From the human T2T-CHM13v2.0 reference genome, Homo sapiens: a stretch of DNA of 64,000 nucleotides. Positions 12,801 to 26,765 of the stretch are shown piece after piece (position 1 is the first letter of the stretch; each line of letters begins with the position of its first letter). Made by a program: the position numbers and the translations under genes. The stretch lies in assembly GCF_009914755.1 (NCBI RefSeq), contig NC_060947.1; one strand, 5' to 3'. The notes beneath the pieces were generated by a model. It was not told where the DNA came from, made no database searches, and saw nothing but the letters and a program-made list of their open reading frames with translations.

Positions 12801-13357
12801 CTTTCCAAAAACAGATCTAACTGTCCCAAGAAACCTTGGAATGATATAGCTCATTTGCTAGAAGCAAAATCAAGCTACATGGATTTGCCAATTATTTAGA
12901 AAACTGCTATAACATATGGTATTTAACAGAAATTTTGGTTCTAGACTCAAATAAGGTATTGGAAGAATGTTGATTTAAAACGTTTTTTAAATCCCCTCCA
13001 ACTTTGAGGTATTCCTAACCTTCTATATATGGTCTGAATTTCATCCCAGCCATGAAAACTTGTTGTGGTACCAGGAGGTAACAATTTTAACTACAATTTT
13101 TAAAGTACAGAGGTTAAGAAATGGAGGGAAATACATTAGACACTCAAAGATAGTTGAGTCCTGTGTATTTTCCAGAAGGAAGCTGGATTGGGAGGAGGAT
13201 CTAAAAATAAATTCAAACAGATGGGTCAATTTTAGTAGACTCCTCAATAAAGTTGGCAAGAGGGTTGAGAAAGAGCAAAGGGAATAGCTGGTTTCTGTGG
13301 CTAATTGGGGCTTGAAGCTTTCAATAGGATTTGCAACACCTAGTGTTGAAAATGTTA

Positions 13358-14939
<1,582 letters not shown>

Positions 14940-14946
14940 GAAACTG

Positions 14947-15020
14947 TTAGGTGACCATGATTATACAGGCCTAAATGTTTGGCAAGAAATATTTAGGCCT
15001 GTATAATCATGGTCACCTAA
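14947..15020. repeat. Perfect inverted repeat, 30-bp arms, 14-nt spacer
   Basis: TTAGGTGACCATGATTATACAGGCCTAAAT (14947-14976) is the exact reverse complement of 14991-15020. Confidence 0.97.
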
Positions 15021-15329
15021 ATCTGATGAGACATCTTATGGGTTCTTCAGATCATCCAAAAGAAGGTCATTAGAGTTTCAAAGTTTTTATCCAGAGTTTC
15101 TTATTAGCACCTCATCTAACAGGGAAGGCAGGAGAGTTTTCATGTTTTGTACCATCTGCTTGTCTGTGGAGGCAGTGTTGTGTTATACATGATGTGGAAG
15201 GACAGGGAATAAGACAAAGTATAATTCACAAGTCTTACACTGTTAAATACATCACAGCATTATGGAGGAATGTCTTTTTAAAACCTTATTTTACTTTCTT
15301 TTTTCCCCAAGTATGTCAGAGGCTAATAC

Positions 15330-15605
15330 ATTTTTTGAAAAATAATAATTGTACATATTTGTGGGGTACATAGTGATGTTTTGATACATATAATGTATTG
15401 TGATCAGATCAGGGTAATTAGCATATCTATCATCTCAAACATTTATCATTTATTTGTGTTGGGAAAGTTCAAGATCCTCCTTCTAGCTATTTGAAACTAA
15501 ACAATGTGTTATTGTTAACTATAGTCATCCTACAGTGGTATAGAACACTAGAACTTATTCCTCCTATCTAGCTACCTTGTATCCCTTACAAAATCTCTCC
15601 CTATC
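15330..15605 (-). mobile_element. L1MA 3'-end fragment
   Basis: ttgtacatatttgtggggtacatagtgatgttttgatacatataatg...agaacttattcctcctatcta is an L1MA-type 3'UTR. Confidence 0.75.
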
Positions 15606-16029
15606 TGGAAGGACATTTTAACTATGAATAATGCACTCTTGCCTCTGGTCTTAGATGCTACTATCAGCCTTCCTTAATATATCTACTATTTCAACTCTTT
15701 TGATGCTTCTATAGGAGAAGAATAAAGATCTGTGATATAGTTATGTCAAAATCTTGTTTTGGATTTAGGAATAGCATTAACATCTTAGAATATAGATCTT
15801 TGCAGGATGCACTTCTTATAAAAATCTAAAGCTGACTGTGGAGGACTAGGCTTAGTAAATAACAAAGGAACTATTTTCTGAGAAAGAACTTCTTTGGATG
15901 TCATGTGAAAAACCCAACATCATTTTACAGTACATCTGTTTGATTATTTTATTTTTCTAATTTTTGTCTTAAAATCAGAGACATGATAATATGTTATCTT
16001 TTAAGTTTATATAGTAGTTTTCAGGCCTT

Positions 16030-16205
16030 TTCATATTCTACTTTACTTAATATTCACAAAAGCTCACAAAGCAAGAAAAGCAGTTAGTATTATCATTGGT
16101 TTACACAAGAGTAGATTTGGGTTCAGATAGTTTAGTGACTTGCCCAGGGTCATCTGGATAGTAAACCATGCAGTTGGGACTAAGACATAAGTCTTCTGAT
16201 TCCTC
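16030..16205 (-). mobile_element. MIR fragment
   Basis: MIR core gtttagtgacttgcccagggtcatc...gggactaag. Confidence 0.55.
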
Positions 16206-16224
16206 CACAAGTATGCTTTTGTAC

Positions 16225-16285
16225 CTCTTTTTCCATTGGCTTCAAGTGGAGTTTTCTCTCCTTCATTTTTCTTTAAACTTAGACT
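16225..16285 (-). pseudogene. HSF3: HSF3 exon 12
   Basis: ttttctcttcctatctag|AGT; intact 61-nt phase 0-1 exon SLSLKKNEGEKTPLEANGKR|gtacaa, joining in frame to exon 13 (G+AC = Asp). Confidence 0.85.
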
Positions 16286-17951
16286 CTAGATAGGAAGAGA
16301 AAACACTGATGTCTTTTTCAGCCAATCATTCTTAGAGATTAAGTTAAACACTTTAGGTAAAAAAAAAAACGTATATCTTGAAAGATTAACAAAATTGAGA
16401 AAAGGATGTTTATACTTTTTAAAATTTTGTACAGGCTGTAGCTGTCTTTGCTAACTGATCTTTAGACAAGAGGCAGAAAATCAATTAATAGTACAGCGAG
16501 AGCCAACTTTACAATATGGATCCAGTTGTCATTTAGCTTGAACTAATATTGACCAATATTTTCTTCCAAGACTGAAGCAAATGTAGTAAATATTGGATTT
16601 AAACACAAGTGTTTGAATCTGAATGATGTGACTCATCAAACATGCCTAGTCTGTCTGGCAGAAAGAAAAGAACACTTCTTTCAAGTCATCTTGGCTAAAC
16701 AATTTAACAAGAATCAATGCCTATCAGGGTCTAGTCCCATTACTTATTGGTCAATGACAAAAAAAAAAAAAAAGATTCCATCTGGAGATCTTTTATAACC
16801 GGAGAAAACAGTTGTGGGGAAGTAGAAGGGTTTTATTCTTTGTCTTAAAATAGCAACACCAATAATAATACCTCACTAAGCTAAGAAAGAGATTTGTAAG
16901 AACAGTATTAAAGACAATTATCTGCTATGAATTAGAGTGCCTTTCTATTTCAGGAGGTGGAGGAAGAGCTTAATAAAGACAGTTTTACAAAGCAGATGCC
17001 CTATTCTTTTTGATACTCTTACAATTTCCAGTCATAATTAAGGCTATTTACTATCTGACTCAGTCCAGTCAGAATGCATGATTTCTTCATATGGCTAAAA
17101 TTTGGTTACCTATCCAATATTTAGACAGTAGTACATTTAATGTTTAGACACTTATCGATGTCACAGTCTAAAATGTAAAGATTCTCCATTTATCAAATAT
17201 TTTCATTTAAATGTAACCCATAGCCATAAAATTATGGTATGAAAAGATGGTAAAAATTATGGTATATAAAGATACCCTAGGATATAAAGTAATATTAGAG
17301 AAAATCAAGCAGATGAATAATGTGGTAATGCTAATGATTAATCCATTCATATTTTTTTTGACTGACAAGTCCCTTAAAATATTTCCTTAAGTACTCTCTA
17401 CAGTCTCCTTGGCCACATGTTTTAAGAAAGTTCTCTTATTCAACACAGTAACTAAAGTAAAAGCCCAGTGAATCAGACATATATTCCAGTTTGTGATCTT
17501 ATAGTCAGAGATAGAATAAGATTCATCTTTGTATAGTTTATAAAGAAAGCAACTGCCAAAAAAAACAACAGTTTACTTAAGAGAAGAATATGTTAACTAC
17601 TTCATCAGTAGCCATTTGCAAATGTGTGAACAAAGAATTTCTACTTCACCAAACAGGTCTCTGACATATCTTGTATGCATAGCAAAACAATTAAATATTG
17701 AAAAAAATTTTTACTAATTGAGACGACTTTAATTGGTCAATATTAAGGCAGAGGAGAAAAAGCATGAGTAAAGCAATAAGAAGATATGGATGGCATACCA
17801 TAAGTCATCTGACTTCATTCACTTAACTGAAAAGTTATCCGACGAATAACCTGCCATTACCTCAATCTTCATTGTACAGGTACAATACAGGGCCTTACAA
17901 CTAGGTGATATATAAAAAAGCAATAAAGAAAAGTAGAAAAATGGATCTTAC

Positions 17952-18034
17952 ACATCTATTTCTGTCATGACATTCATATTGAGTAAAGTTTCAGCTTCCT
18001 TTGTCATCAAACTTGGAAGTTCAGAACTGACTGG
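17952..18034 (-). pseudogene. HSF3: HSF3 exon 11 (3' boundary uncertain)
   Basis: Strong acceptor tttttctttttag|CCA; PVSSELPSLMTKEAETLLNMNV, similar to chicken HSF3 VFNPELPAL (recalled). Nearest strong donor gtaaga gives 83 nt, out of phase with exon 12. Confidence 0.7.
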
Positions 18035-18505
18035 CTAAAAAGAAAAAAAAAGAGAAAGAATTATAAACAAAATCCTCTAAATACCACAACTTAAATTCTA
18101 AGCCTTAGGTTACTTAGGGAGAAAAGGCTTTGTACACAATATTGAGGGATAATACAACAAGAAGAGGAACTTTGGATACATGAAGAACTATTAGCAAAAG
18201 CATTACAATTCTACACAATGGCTCATTTCATTTTGGCAAATTTTAAGTGGAGCAAAGGAAAACGCCACATAACAAATAAATTGTGATATTACTATGGGAA
18301 AGAGGGATATAATAACTTCTTCCATTTTAGTTCAGAAAGCCAAGACAGAGACACCATATACACGAAATCAGTAGAAAAGCTGAGGTAAGAATTCAAGTAT
18401 TCTTGAATTCCAGGATGAATAATATCCTCAGTGTCAGTGGTCATATACCATTCTTCTTTTGGAGTAATACACACAAGTACAGTAAAGTCTCAGAAATAAG
18501 CTTAC

Positions 18506-18603
18506 CTCACTGACATGGTAAGAGTCATAATTCACTTTCTTCCTAGACAGCAATGACTAGCTCTGCCAGATTAGCTTCCAATACAGAGCCTGTGCATCTC
18601 ATC
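18506..18603 (-). pseudogene. HSF3: HSF3 exon 10 (HR-C)
   Basis: ttcatttacag|GAT; DEMHRLC / frameshift / LEANLAEL / frameshift / SLLSRKKVNYDSYHVSE|gtaagc. Confidence 0.85.
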
Positions 18604-19692
18604 CTGTAAATGAAAAGCAAAGGGGTGGGAAATCAACAAGCACTGCTGCCAGCAGGATGAAGGTGAATTGAAAAAATGGTAATCTAGCAGCCAGGAGACA
18701 ATCTTTGAAAAAATACCACAGACAATACATTTCTTAGATTATGGCAGGTCCTTGACCAAGAAAACACAAACCATATAGTATTTTCCAGTTATAGATATTT
18801 CACTTCCAGACTATAAAGCTTACTGCTATTCAGAAGATTTCAGTATGTAATTAACTTGTTATAGTTTAGCCAGAGTGGACCACAGTCGAGTAAAATACCA
18901 GAGTTTTCAAATTGAAGAGGTCCAGAAAAGAAGGATAAAGGCAAAACCAGATTACTCTGTTCCCTAGGAATCCTGAATAGGAAGCACTCTTCAACCTGGG
19001 AAAACTTTCAGCCCACAAGATGCCTTTTTGCCTATGTGGTGCCAGGTAAAGATGATAAATCACTTCACTGTCCCTAATCAGAAATGAAATGTGAGATATT
19101 GCAACAACGTAACTGGCTAGTCCAAATGACCTCTAGGGTCCTTCTATCTATGAGATTCTGTATATATGCAACCTAGGCTTTGAAATGACTGTATTCCTCC
19201 TAGTGAACAGCACTCAGTCTGAATCTCATCAGTAGATGAGAGCCACAAGACTTGGGGAGTGGGACCTACATCAATTGTCAGAGTGTAAAAAATTTGCATA
19301 TTTTTACCTTACCCCATGATATAGATCTTGACTTCATTTTATAGTGCCATTCATTATTAAAAGGAGGTGCTGTGAGGACCATTTATGGTATTATTATCAA
19401 CTATTATTTAACCTGATTTAAAGAGCTCAAAATGCCAGTAAATTCTAATAGGTCAGGAGCCTTTGGTCTTCCCTGTAGCTTTCTCAGTCTAGTAGAACTT
19501 GAACTCAGCTTTGATGGCCAACTAATAATCATCCCAAACTAGTTGCCTTCTGAGGCAACTCAGTGCCCTGAAGAGTGACGATTATTTTGCTGCTTAAAGT
19601 AGTACATTTTGGCACAGGTTCGAGGGGCTGGTCCACACTTAAGTTTGACATTAGGCTAAGGAAGCTCACATGGCCCCCTTTTGGGTGTGTTT

Positions 19693-22600
19693 GTTTGTTT
19701 GTTTGTTTGTTTGTTTGTTTGTTTCTCTCTCTCTCTTTTTTGAACTTGAAAGATCATATTTATTTGGAGAAAACAAAAAACCCACAACACAAAAGATGGG
19801 ATTTTACATCTCAAGGCATCTCCCAGGTAATAAGTCTACAGATTACAAATTATTTTCATAGAAGATATTTTTCTACAAATTTTGCATGTATTCAGGAGCA
19901 GGCCATTAATTAATTCCCATTTCTTTTTTAACAGGGAGGCAAGGTAGAGGAGAGGGAAAAAGTTTTGGATACAACTATTTGGAAGGAGAGTAGACATGAA
20001 GATGGCAAATTCTAGCTTTTCATTACCTAAAATCAATGTTTTTTTTCTTTTAAAAACCTTCCAATCTTCAGTATATCTTTAAAAGCCCACTTCTTAGCTA
20101 CTAGCCAATCCACACCAATTATTTAAATTCACTTGGTAGACACCTTTGTGTGCTGGCTAAATTATATTCATTATGCCCACTGCTGAAGCATGCATAAACC
20201 AACACCCCTGCATGGCTGAACAGGGCCTAATCTAGGACTGATGGGAGAAGGGCTTGTAAACAAAGATCAAGATGTCTTTTCTCTGGTGATACTGTCTACC
20301 AAGCTGATCCCTACAAAAATTCACATAAAAGCAGGCAAGTTTAGCTACTGTGTTGCAAGAGAAACCAGGAACTTGTTAAATAGTTCTCTCCATTACCATT
20401 TATTCTCTCAAGGGAAGCTTAAAAAAAAAAAAAGAAAAAGAAAAAGAAAGAACAACACATTAGTCTGACCACCTCATAAATCCAACAAGCATTGGTGTGG
20501 CATTTCAGTGGAGAAGAAAACTTGGGGGAAAAAACCCCATCAAGGTTGTAAGAAAGGCTCCCAATTTAACTGTCCCTGTCCCTATTTATCCACCTTTATT
20601 CACCACCCAAGACCATCCATTATTCTAGAGCACTCTGATCTATAAAAGGGGTCAAAGCATCAGGAGCAGGCAGGGTGTGAGAACCAAAAGGCAAGAAACT
20701 GATTTGCTTGAGAAAAGCAGAGATTCTTCCTTTCACAGCTCTCCATGGCTGAGAGAGAGAATGCCCAAGAGATCATCTCTGTGACTTAGAGACTGCTTTT
20801 TGGGAGGTTAAGAGTCGCATGAAGAACTTAAGATGATGACAAGAGCCTAAATTTTTAAAGTTTCAAGGTTTCAACAGAACGTAGATATATTTGAACTTTC
20901 AAAAAGCAGAGTGTTTAGAAAGGGAAAACCAGGACACACAAAACATTGGGAATTACTATGACTCCCAAGTGCTTCTGGCTCCAGGAAATAACCATTCATG
21001 TGTTTGCTGGAGGTCACACAATTTTTCCCTATTACCTGGTGCAAAATGACTCATCACCTCCCAAAAGCTTCTTTTCAAACCACGATTTTCCCATTTATTT
21101 TGGTCGAATGCAGTCCTATTCGTTATGGCCTATAGACTCACTCCCAACTCCTGGGTGGTAAAAAAAAAAAAAAAAAAAAAAAAATGAGGGAATTCCCCCT
21201 AGGCTGGCCTCCAAAGTCAGGATTAAATAGGAGGAGCTGCTGGCAGCCTGCTGGAGACTAAAACAACTTGAGGCTAAATCTACCTTTCCAAGAGTGGAAA
21301 ATTTATTCAGATAATGTTTGAGAATTCATATATGCCACAATAGGATAGAAACGAAACAGTAGAAATCTCACACTTTCCCTTATACCTCCCTCCTCTACTG
21401 CCCAATCAGACTCCAAATGTTATATCACTGTCTTTACCATTTCTGCTAAATTGAGGCCCCTAGGCACTAATCACACTGGCAACTGCATGGTGACATAATG
21501 CACCACAACTTTTCCACTAAAAATCTCTAGTCTCTTTCTCTCTGGCTATATTGGTGATTCTCCAGTTACTTCAGTACTTTAAAGGCTGCAGCAGCATGAA
21601 TAAGAATTTCCTTTAAAAAAAATTAGGTAAGAAAGGTCTCCAGGAGATGGTGAGTTTTATTTTGTCTTGTCTGGATAGAGGTTTGATTTGCTCTCGAATG
21701 TTCCAGGGTGGAGAGAAACTAGGAGAAAGCACAGGATGTTGAGGTCTCTGTGGCTTAATCTTCTCCCTCATTTTCATCTTCACCATCAATGGAGAGAGCA
21801 GCATACTTCCTTGCAGAACTGAACTTGGAAGCTGGATTTTCCTCAGGTTTCTTTGGCTCAGGTGCAGATCTGGAGTCTTTATCCTTTTTGTCATCTTTCC
21901 TATCTGACTCCTTCCAGTGGTCTTTGTTCCCTCCCTCTCCTGGACCATGGCTAGAGTTCCCAGTTTGGCCTTTTGGGATATTCATCCCATCTCCTTCATT
22001 TTCGTCTTTCCTTGCTAGTCCTTACTCAGATGGTTGAGCTGGAGCTACTTTACCCCACCAATTGTAGGGGATTGCTGCTCTGTGTCTGAGCTCTGAGATT
22101 GAGCAGGAGGGTTAGAACTTCACTTCACCCAACCATTCTCCTTTGGTGGAGGGGCTGGCATTACCTTTAGGGACTGATCAGGTTTGGGAGGTTTAGAAGT
22201 TGGAGAGTGACAGTCTTCCTCCTTATTGAGTGTTTCATTTTCTAGTGACTTCTCACTCACTCTCCTTCGTGCATTTCTGCCGGATGTGGCGGAGGTCCCA
22301 GTCTGCAATGACTCACTTCCTGTCCTCAACTGTTCCCGTTCCTGAGTTTCTTCACTTTGTCAGCTTGGGTGTCTCTCCCGAGGCCGTCGTTCTAGTTTTG
22401 GCTCATCCAGCTGAAGCTGCAACTTCTCGTGTTCCTTCTGTAGCTGTTCTTCTACTTCTCTTTCTCTAGCAGCTGTGTCAACGGGCTTTGCCCCTCCAAA
22501 GACAGAAGCATCTCTACTGGACTGGGAGGTACTAGCAGTGGAATCATCTCCTTAGGAGCACTCCGAGGCTTTAGATTCAGTTTGGGTCTTTGGGAGGGAC

Positions 22601-23576
22601 CTCTATCATCACCCATATAATCATCCCGAGAGTAATCATCTCTGGAGCTCCATGACCAATCATCCTGTCTGTCTTATTGGTCTTCATAGCCAGTCCCGCC
22701 TCCTCTATAGTCATCATCCCTGTGACACCCACTGCCAAATGCCCTTCTGCCACTGCCTATCCGGGAATCATAGCGTCTATCATAGTCTCTGCTGCCTTGG
22801 TCATCATAGCGATCCCGGCTGCCACATCAATCCATATCCCAGTGTGGGCCATCCCAATACCCATCCTGATACCCATCGTGATACCGGTCTGAATCATAAC
22901 TATCTCGATACTTGTCTCCAAAGCTATCATCACTTCTTAGTCATCAAAGCTGTCTGTGGCAGGACGAGCCCTCCAGTCTGTATCTGTTTTGTCAGAATCC
23001 CGATTTCTATCATGGCCAAAAGAACGATCCTCCCTGTCTTTCCCCTGTGCTTGATCAGCAACGTCCACTTGAATTTTCCTGTTACCTAGAGACTCTTCAT
23101 TGAGACTCATGGAACTGAGCAGGAAATCTAGGTCCTCAATTTCAGCATAATCAAAACCTTTCAACCTCTCTGGATTGCTGGGTTTACGTGACAAACGCAC
23201 TGCACTGATATTTAATCCTCGAAAGAGTTCCTTAATTGACTCTTCTGTCATATCATAGGATAGGTTCCCTAGAAAAGCAGTGTAGGGTGGTGATTTGGGA
23301 AGACGGTCGATATTGGGTTCCCGAGCAGCCCGTGGAGCAGTGGGAAGGATGGAACGGTCAATTGGAGGCACCCTATACACTTCATCATCATTACTGTGCC
23401 AAGTTGTTGAAACATCTCCTTCCAGGTCATCTGTTTCATCAGCCCAGGGTACTGGTTTGGAAACATAGGTGCTTCCTCCACCAATCCTCCCATCCTCAGC
23501 CAGAAAGTATGTTAGGGAGAGTCTTCTCCTTCTTCTTCTTTTTTGCTGAGGCCACCATGTTGGGAGAGGGAAAGAG
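19693..23576 (-). pseudogene. EIF4BP9: EIF4B processed pseudogene (probably EIF4BP9)
   Basis: Intronless EIF4B-like CDS from ATG 23558 to ~21750 (RRM PPYTAFLGNL, DRYG region, C-terminus KYAALSIDGEDENEGED), broken into several ORFs. Pyrimidine-rich 5' leader, ~2 kb 3'UTR, AATAAA at 19759-19764, tail decayed to (GTTT)n. 14-bp TSD TTTTGGGTGTGTTT at 19679-19692 and 23577-23590. P9 suffix from memory. Confidence 0.95.
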
Positions 23577-24139
23577 TTTTGGGTGTGTTTCTCAGGAAGC
23601 TTTTCTCACTGGGGTTGGGCAATAAATGAGGGTCAGTAGCAGGGAATAACACAAATATAAAATGATAAAGCATGTAAACAGACAAATGTAAGCACTGCTG
23701 ATGAAGGTGAAATTCAGGCAGACTCCCTTCCTCCACATGGTACTCAAGGTTTTCATGGGTAGAGATTTGCTGACAATAGTGACTTTGTGGCTCCAATTTA
23801 GTAGTATTTCTGCTGAAGCACCCACAACCTCCTAGTTTCGGGAAATGAAGACTTTTTTTTTCTTCCTATAGTTTTGTGCCAAGCAAGAGGTTTCACCCTA
23901 CTTACAGAGTTAATTTCAGATATAAGATGGGGAGGGGGGGATTTTACACTACCAATGCCTGGCTTTCATTTTTAGAAGATCGCAAAAGAACAAATACCAA
24001 ATATATTGTCAAAGAGTGCATCTGTGGTATATGAGAACCAATGATAATACGTGGGAGTGCAAGTACAGGGAAAATGTTTCCTTAATTATGTTTTGTTCCC
24101 CTCACTATAATATTATATTATACTTTGGACTAAGAAGAA

Positions 24140-24524
24140 CCCTTCCCTTCCCTTTTTCTCTTCCCTTCCCTTTTTCCCTTCCTTCCCTTCCCTTCTTTCC
24201 TTCCCTTCTTCCCTTTCCTTCCCTTCTTCCCTTCCCTTCCCTTCTTCCCTTCCCTTCCCTTCCCTTCTTCCCTTCCCTTCCCTTCTTCCCTTCCCTTCCC
24301 TTCTTCCCTTCCCTTCTTCCCTTCCCTTCTTCCCTTCCCTCCCCTTCTTTTCCCTTCTTCCCTTCCCTCCCCTCCTTCCCTTCCATTCTTCCCTTCCCTT
24401 CCCTCCTTCCCTTCCCTCCTTCCCCTCCCTCCTTCCCTTCCCTCCTTCCCTCCCCTCCTTCCCTTCCCTCCTTCCCTTCTCTCCTTCTCTCCCCTCCCCT
24501 CCCCTCCCCTTCCCTTCCCTTCCC
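24140..24524. repeat. (CCCTT)n polypyrimidine/polypurine tract, ~385 bp
   Basis: Almost pure C/T on the plus strand; sits where the tail of the adjacent minus-strand Alu would be. Confidence 0.95.
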
Positions 24525-24803
24525 AATAGGGTCTCACTCTGTCATCCAGGCTGGAGTGCAGTGGCACAATCACAGCTCACTGCAGCCTTTACCTCCCTGG
24601 GCTCAAGCAATCCTCCCACCTCAGCCTCCTGGGTAGCTGGGACTACACATGCACACCACCATGACCAGCTAATTTTTGTGTTTTTAGTAGAGACAGCATT
24701 TTGTTATGCTCAGGCTGGTCTCAAACTCCTGAACTCAAGCAATCCTCCTGCCTTGGCCTCCCAAACTGCTGGGATAACAGGCATGAGCTACTGCACCTGG
24801 CCA
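24525..24803 (-). mobile_element. AluJ element
   Basis: gggtctcactctgtcatccaggctggagtgcagtggcacaatcacagctcactgcagcc...gctcaagcaatcctcc, J-type diagnostics. Confidence 0.9.
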
Positions 24804-25287
24804 CAAGTAATTTTCTAACCTCAGAAGAATATGCCTGAAAATATACAGATTTCTTCAGAAACACAAATCATACATCAGACCTAAGACCCGGTATAAGATA
24901 TTGATCATAATTTAGTTTTCTCCTAAAAAATGTCTGATTGGTTAAGGTTTCAAAGTAAACATTGAATCAATATTCAAATGTACAATCAGGGATGTATGAT
25001 AGAATTATGCTACTTCTCAGCTAGATTTGAGGTTCACTAGCTATATACTTGGATTTCCAAATCCCAATCACCATCGTAAATAGTGTTTCTTGGTTTATCA
25101 GAAAGGAAAGTGAAAGAGTGTGCAGAGGTACCCTTCAAAGTCTCTGCAAGCTTCTGTTGATATATTCCTGCCTTTCTTCCACTCTATCCAAAGTGATTTC
25201 CAGATTATGAAAAAAATTACAAAGTAAGCATTCTCTTTAAAAACATGTGGAGAACCCCCTAGTTTAAAGAAGAAAGAGATTTTGTAC

Positions 25288-25512
25288 CTGTTCATTATAA
25301 CATTACATTGAGTATCTGGTTTGTCTTCAATCAAGATTGGAGCATTGACATGGAAAGGAGAAAACACCAACTCCAAAGAAATATTTATAGTTGCCTCTCC
25401 AAATAATTCCTGGATCATTAGTTCTTGGAAATCTGGTACCACTAAATCCAAACCAATGGCCAGTGAATCTTCACTCATAGGTACATCCTGAATTGATATT
25501 TTGGGGTATTTC
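25288..25512 (-). pseudogene. HSF3: HSF3 exon 9
   Basis: tatttctcag|G; open 225-nt phase 2-2 exon KYPKISIQDVPMSEDSLAIGLDLVVPDFQEL...EDKPDTQCNVIMNR|gtacaa; overlaps track ORF 25098..25478. Confidence 0.88.
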
Positions 25513-25699
25513 CTGAGAAATAATCAACACAGGAAAATATTAATCCTACATGTTGCAAGAGCTCAAATTATATGGGCTGTAGCATATCTATTAGTTACAT
25601 AATATCAACAGATGATTTGCAGTGTTTAGGTCAACTAACGAATAGTGTGCCCACAAATTCTCCTTTCATTTTATTTGAATATTATATAATACAATATCC

Positions 25700-26765
25700 A
25701 AACATTCTCACAGGACAACAATTCTATCACTTCAATTTAATGAAAAAAAAAGACATCACACCTGGAATAGCTATTACAAAAGAGACAGACAAGTGTTGGT
25801 GAGGATGTGAAAAAAATAGGAACCCCTATACGTTGCTGAAATAAATAAATGTGAAATGGTATATCCACTTTGGAAAATAGTTTAGCTATTTCTTAAAAAG
25901 TTAAGCATAATGTTTTCCACTCAATTCCAATTACTTCCAGCAATTCCATTTTTGGTATCTATGCAAAATAATTGCAAACACATTTCCACATAAAGATTTT
26001 CCTGTGAATGTTCATAGCAGCATCATTTATAATAGCAAAGAATTGGAAAATAACAGAAGTGTCCATTAACTGATTAATGTGTTAAGTGAAATGTAGTATA
26101 TCTATATAATGAAATATTATTCAGCAATACAAAGAGTTGAAGTAATGATCTATGCCACAGCATAGATGAAAACACTATGCTATGTGAAATACGCCAGACA
26201 CAAAAGACCACTTGTATTATTCCATTCATATGAAATGGCCAGAAGAGTAAAATCTATAGAGACAGCAAGTAGATTAGTAAATGGCCCTGAGGGGTCTTAT
26301 TAGATTGATGAAAATCTTCTAAGATGGGATTATGGTGATGGTGACACAATTCAGTAAATCCACTACAAATTGAATTCTACCCTTAAAATCGGACAAATTT
26401 TATGATATATAAATTATCTTTCTCTCCTTTTTTTTTTTTTTTTTTTTTTTTTTGGATGTAGAGTTTTACTCTGTCGCCCAGGCTGGAGTGCAGTTGTGTC
26501 TTCTTGGCTCACTGCAACCTCCACCTCCCGGGTTCAAACTATTTTCCTGCCTCAAACTCTGTAGTAGCAGGAATTACAGGTATGTGTCACCACACTTGGC
26601 TAATTTTTGTATTTTTAGTAGAGACGGGGTTTCACTGTGTTGGCCAGGCCAGTCTCAAACTCCTGACCTCAAATGATCTGCCCGCCTTGGCCTCCCAAAG
26701 TGCTGGGATTACAGGTGTGAGCCACCCTGCCCGGCCTATAAATTATTATCTCTATAAAGTTGTTT
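25700..26765 (+). mobile_element. Old L1M (L1MB/MC-like) 3' fragment interrupted by an Alu
   Basis: Degenerate ORF2 end (aagtgttggtgaggatgtga...tccactttggaaaatagtt) and L1M 3'UTR; resumes after the Alu. Confidence 0.75.
26428..26736 (-). mobile_element. AluS element
   Basis: Poly(T) then a full Alu dimer ending cccggcc; flanking tataaattat repeats. Confidence 0.92.

Noticed and set aside
24016-24636. Pro/Phe/Ser-rich and Gly/Arg/Glu/Lys-rich ORFs
   Set aside because: Translations of the (CCCTT)n tract and the Alu.
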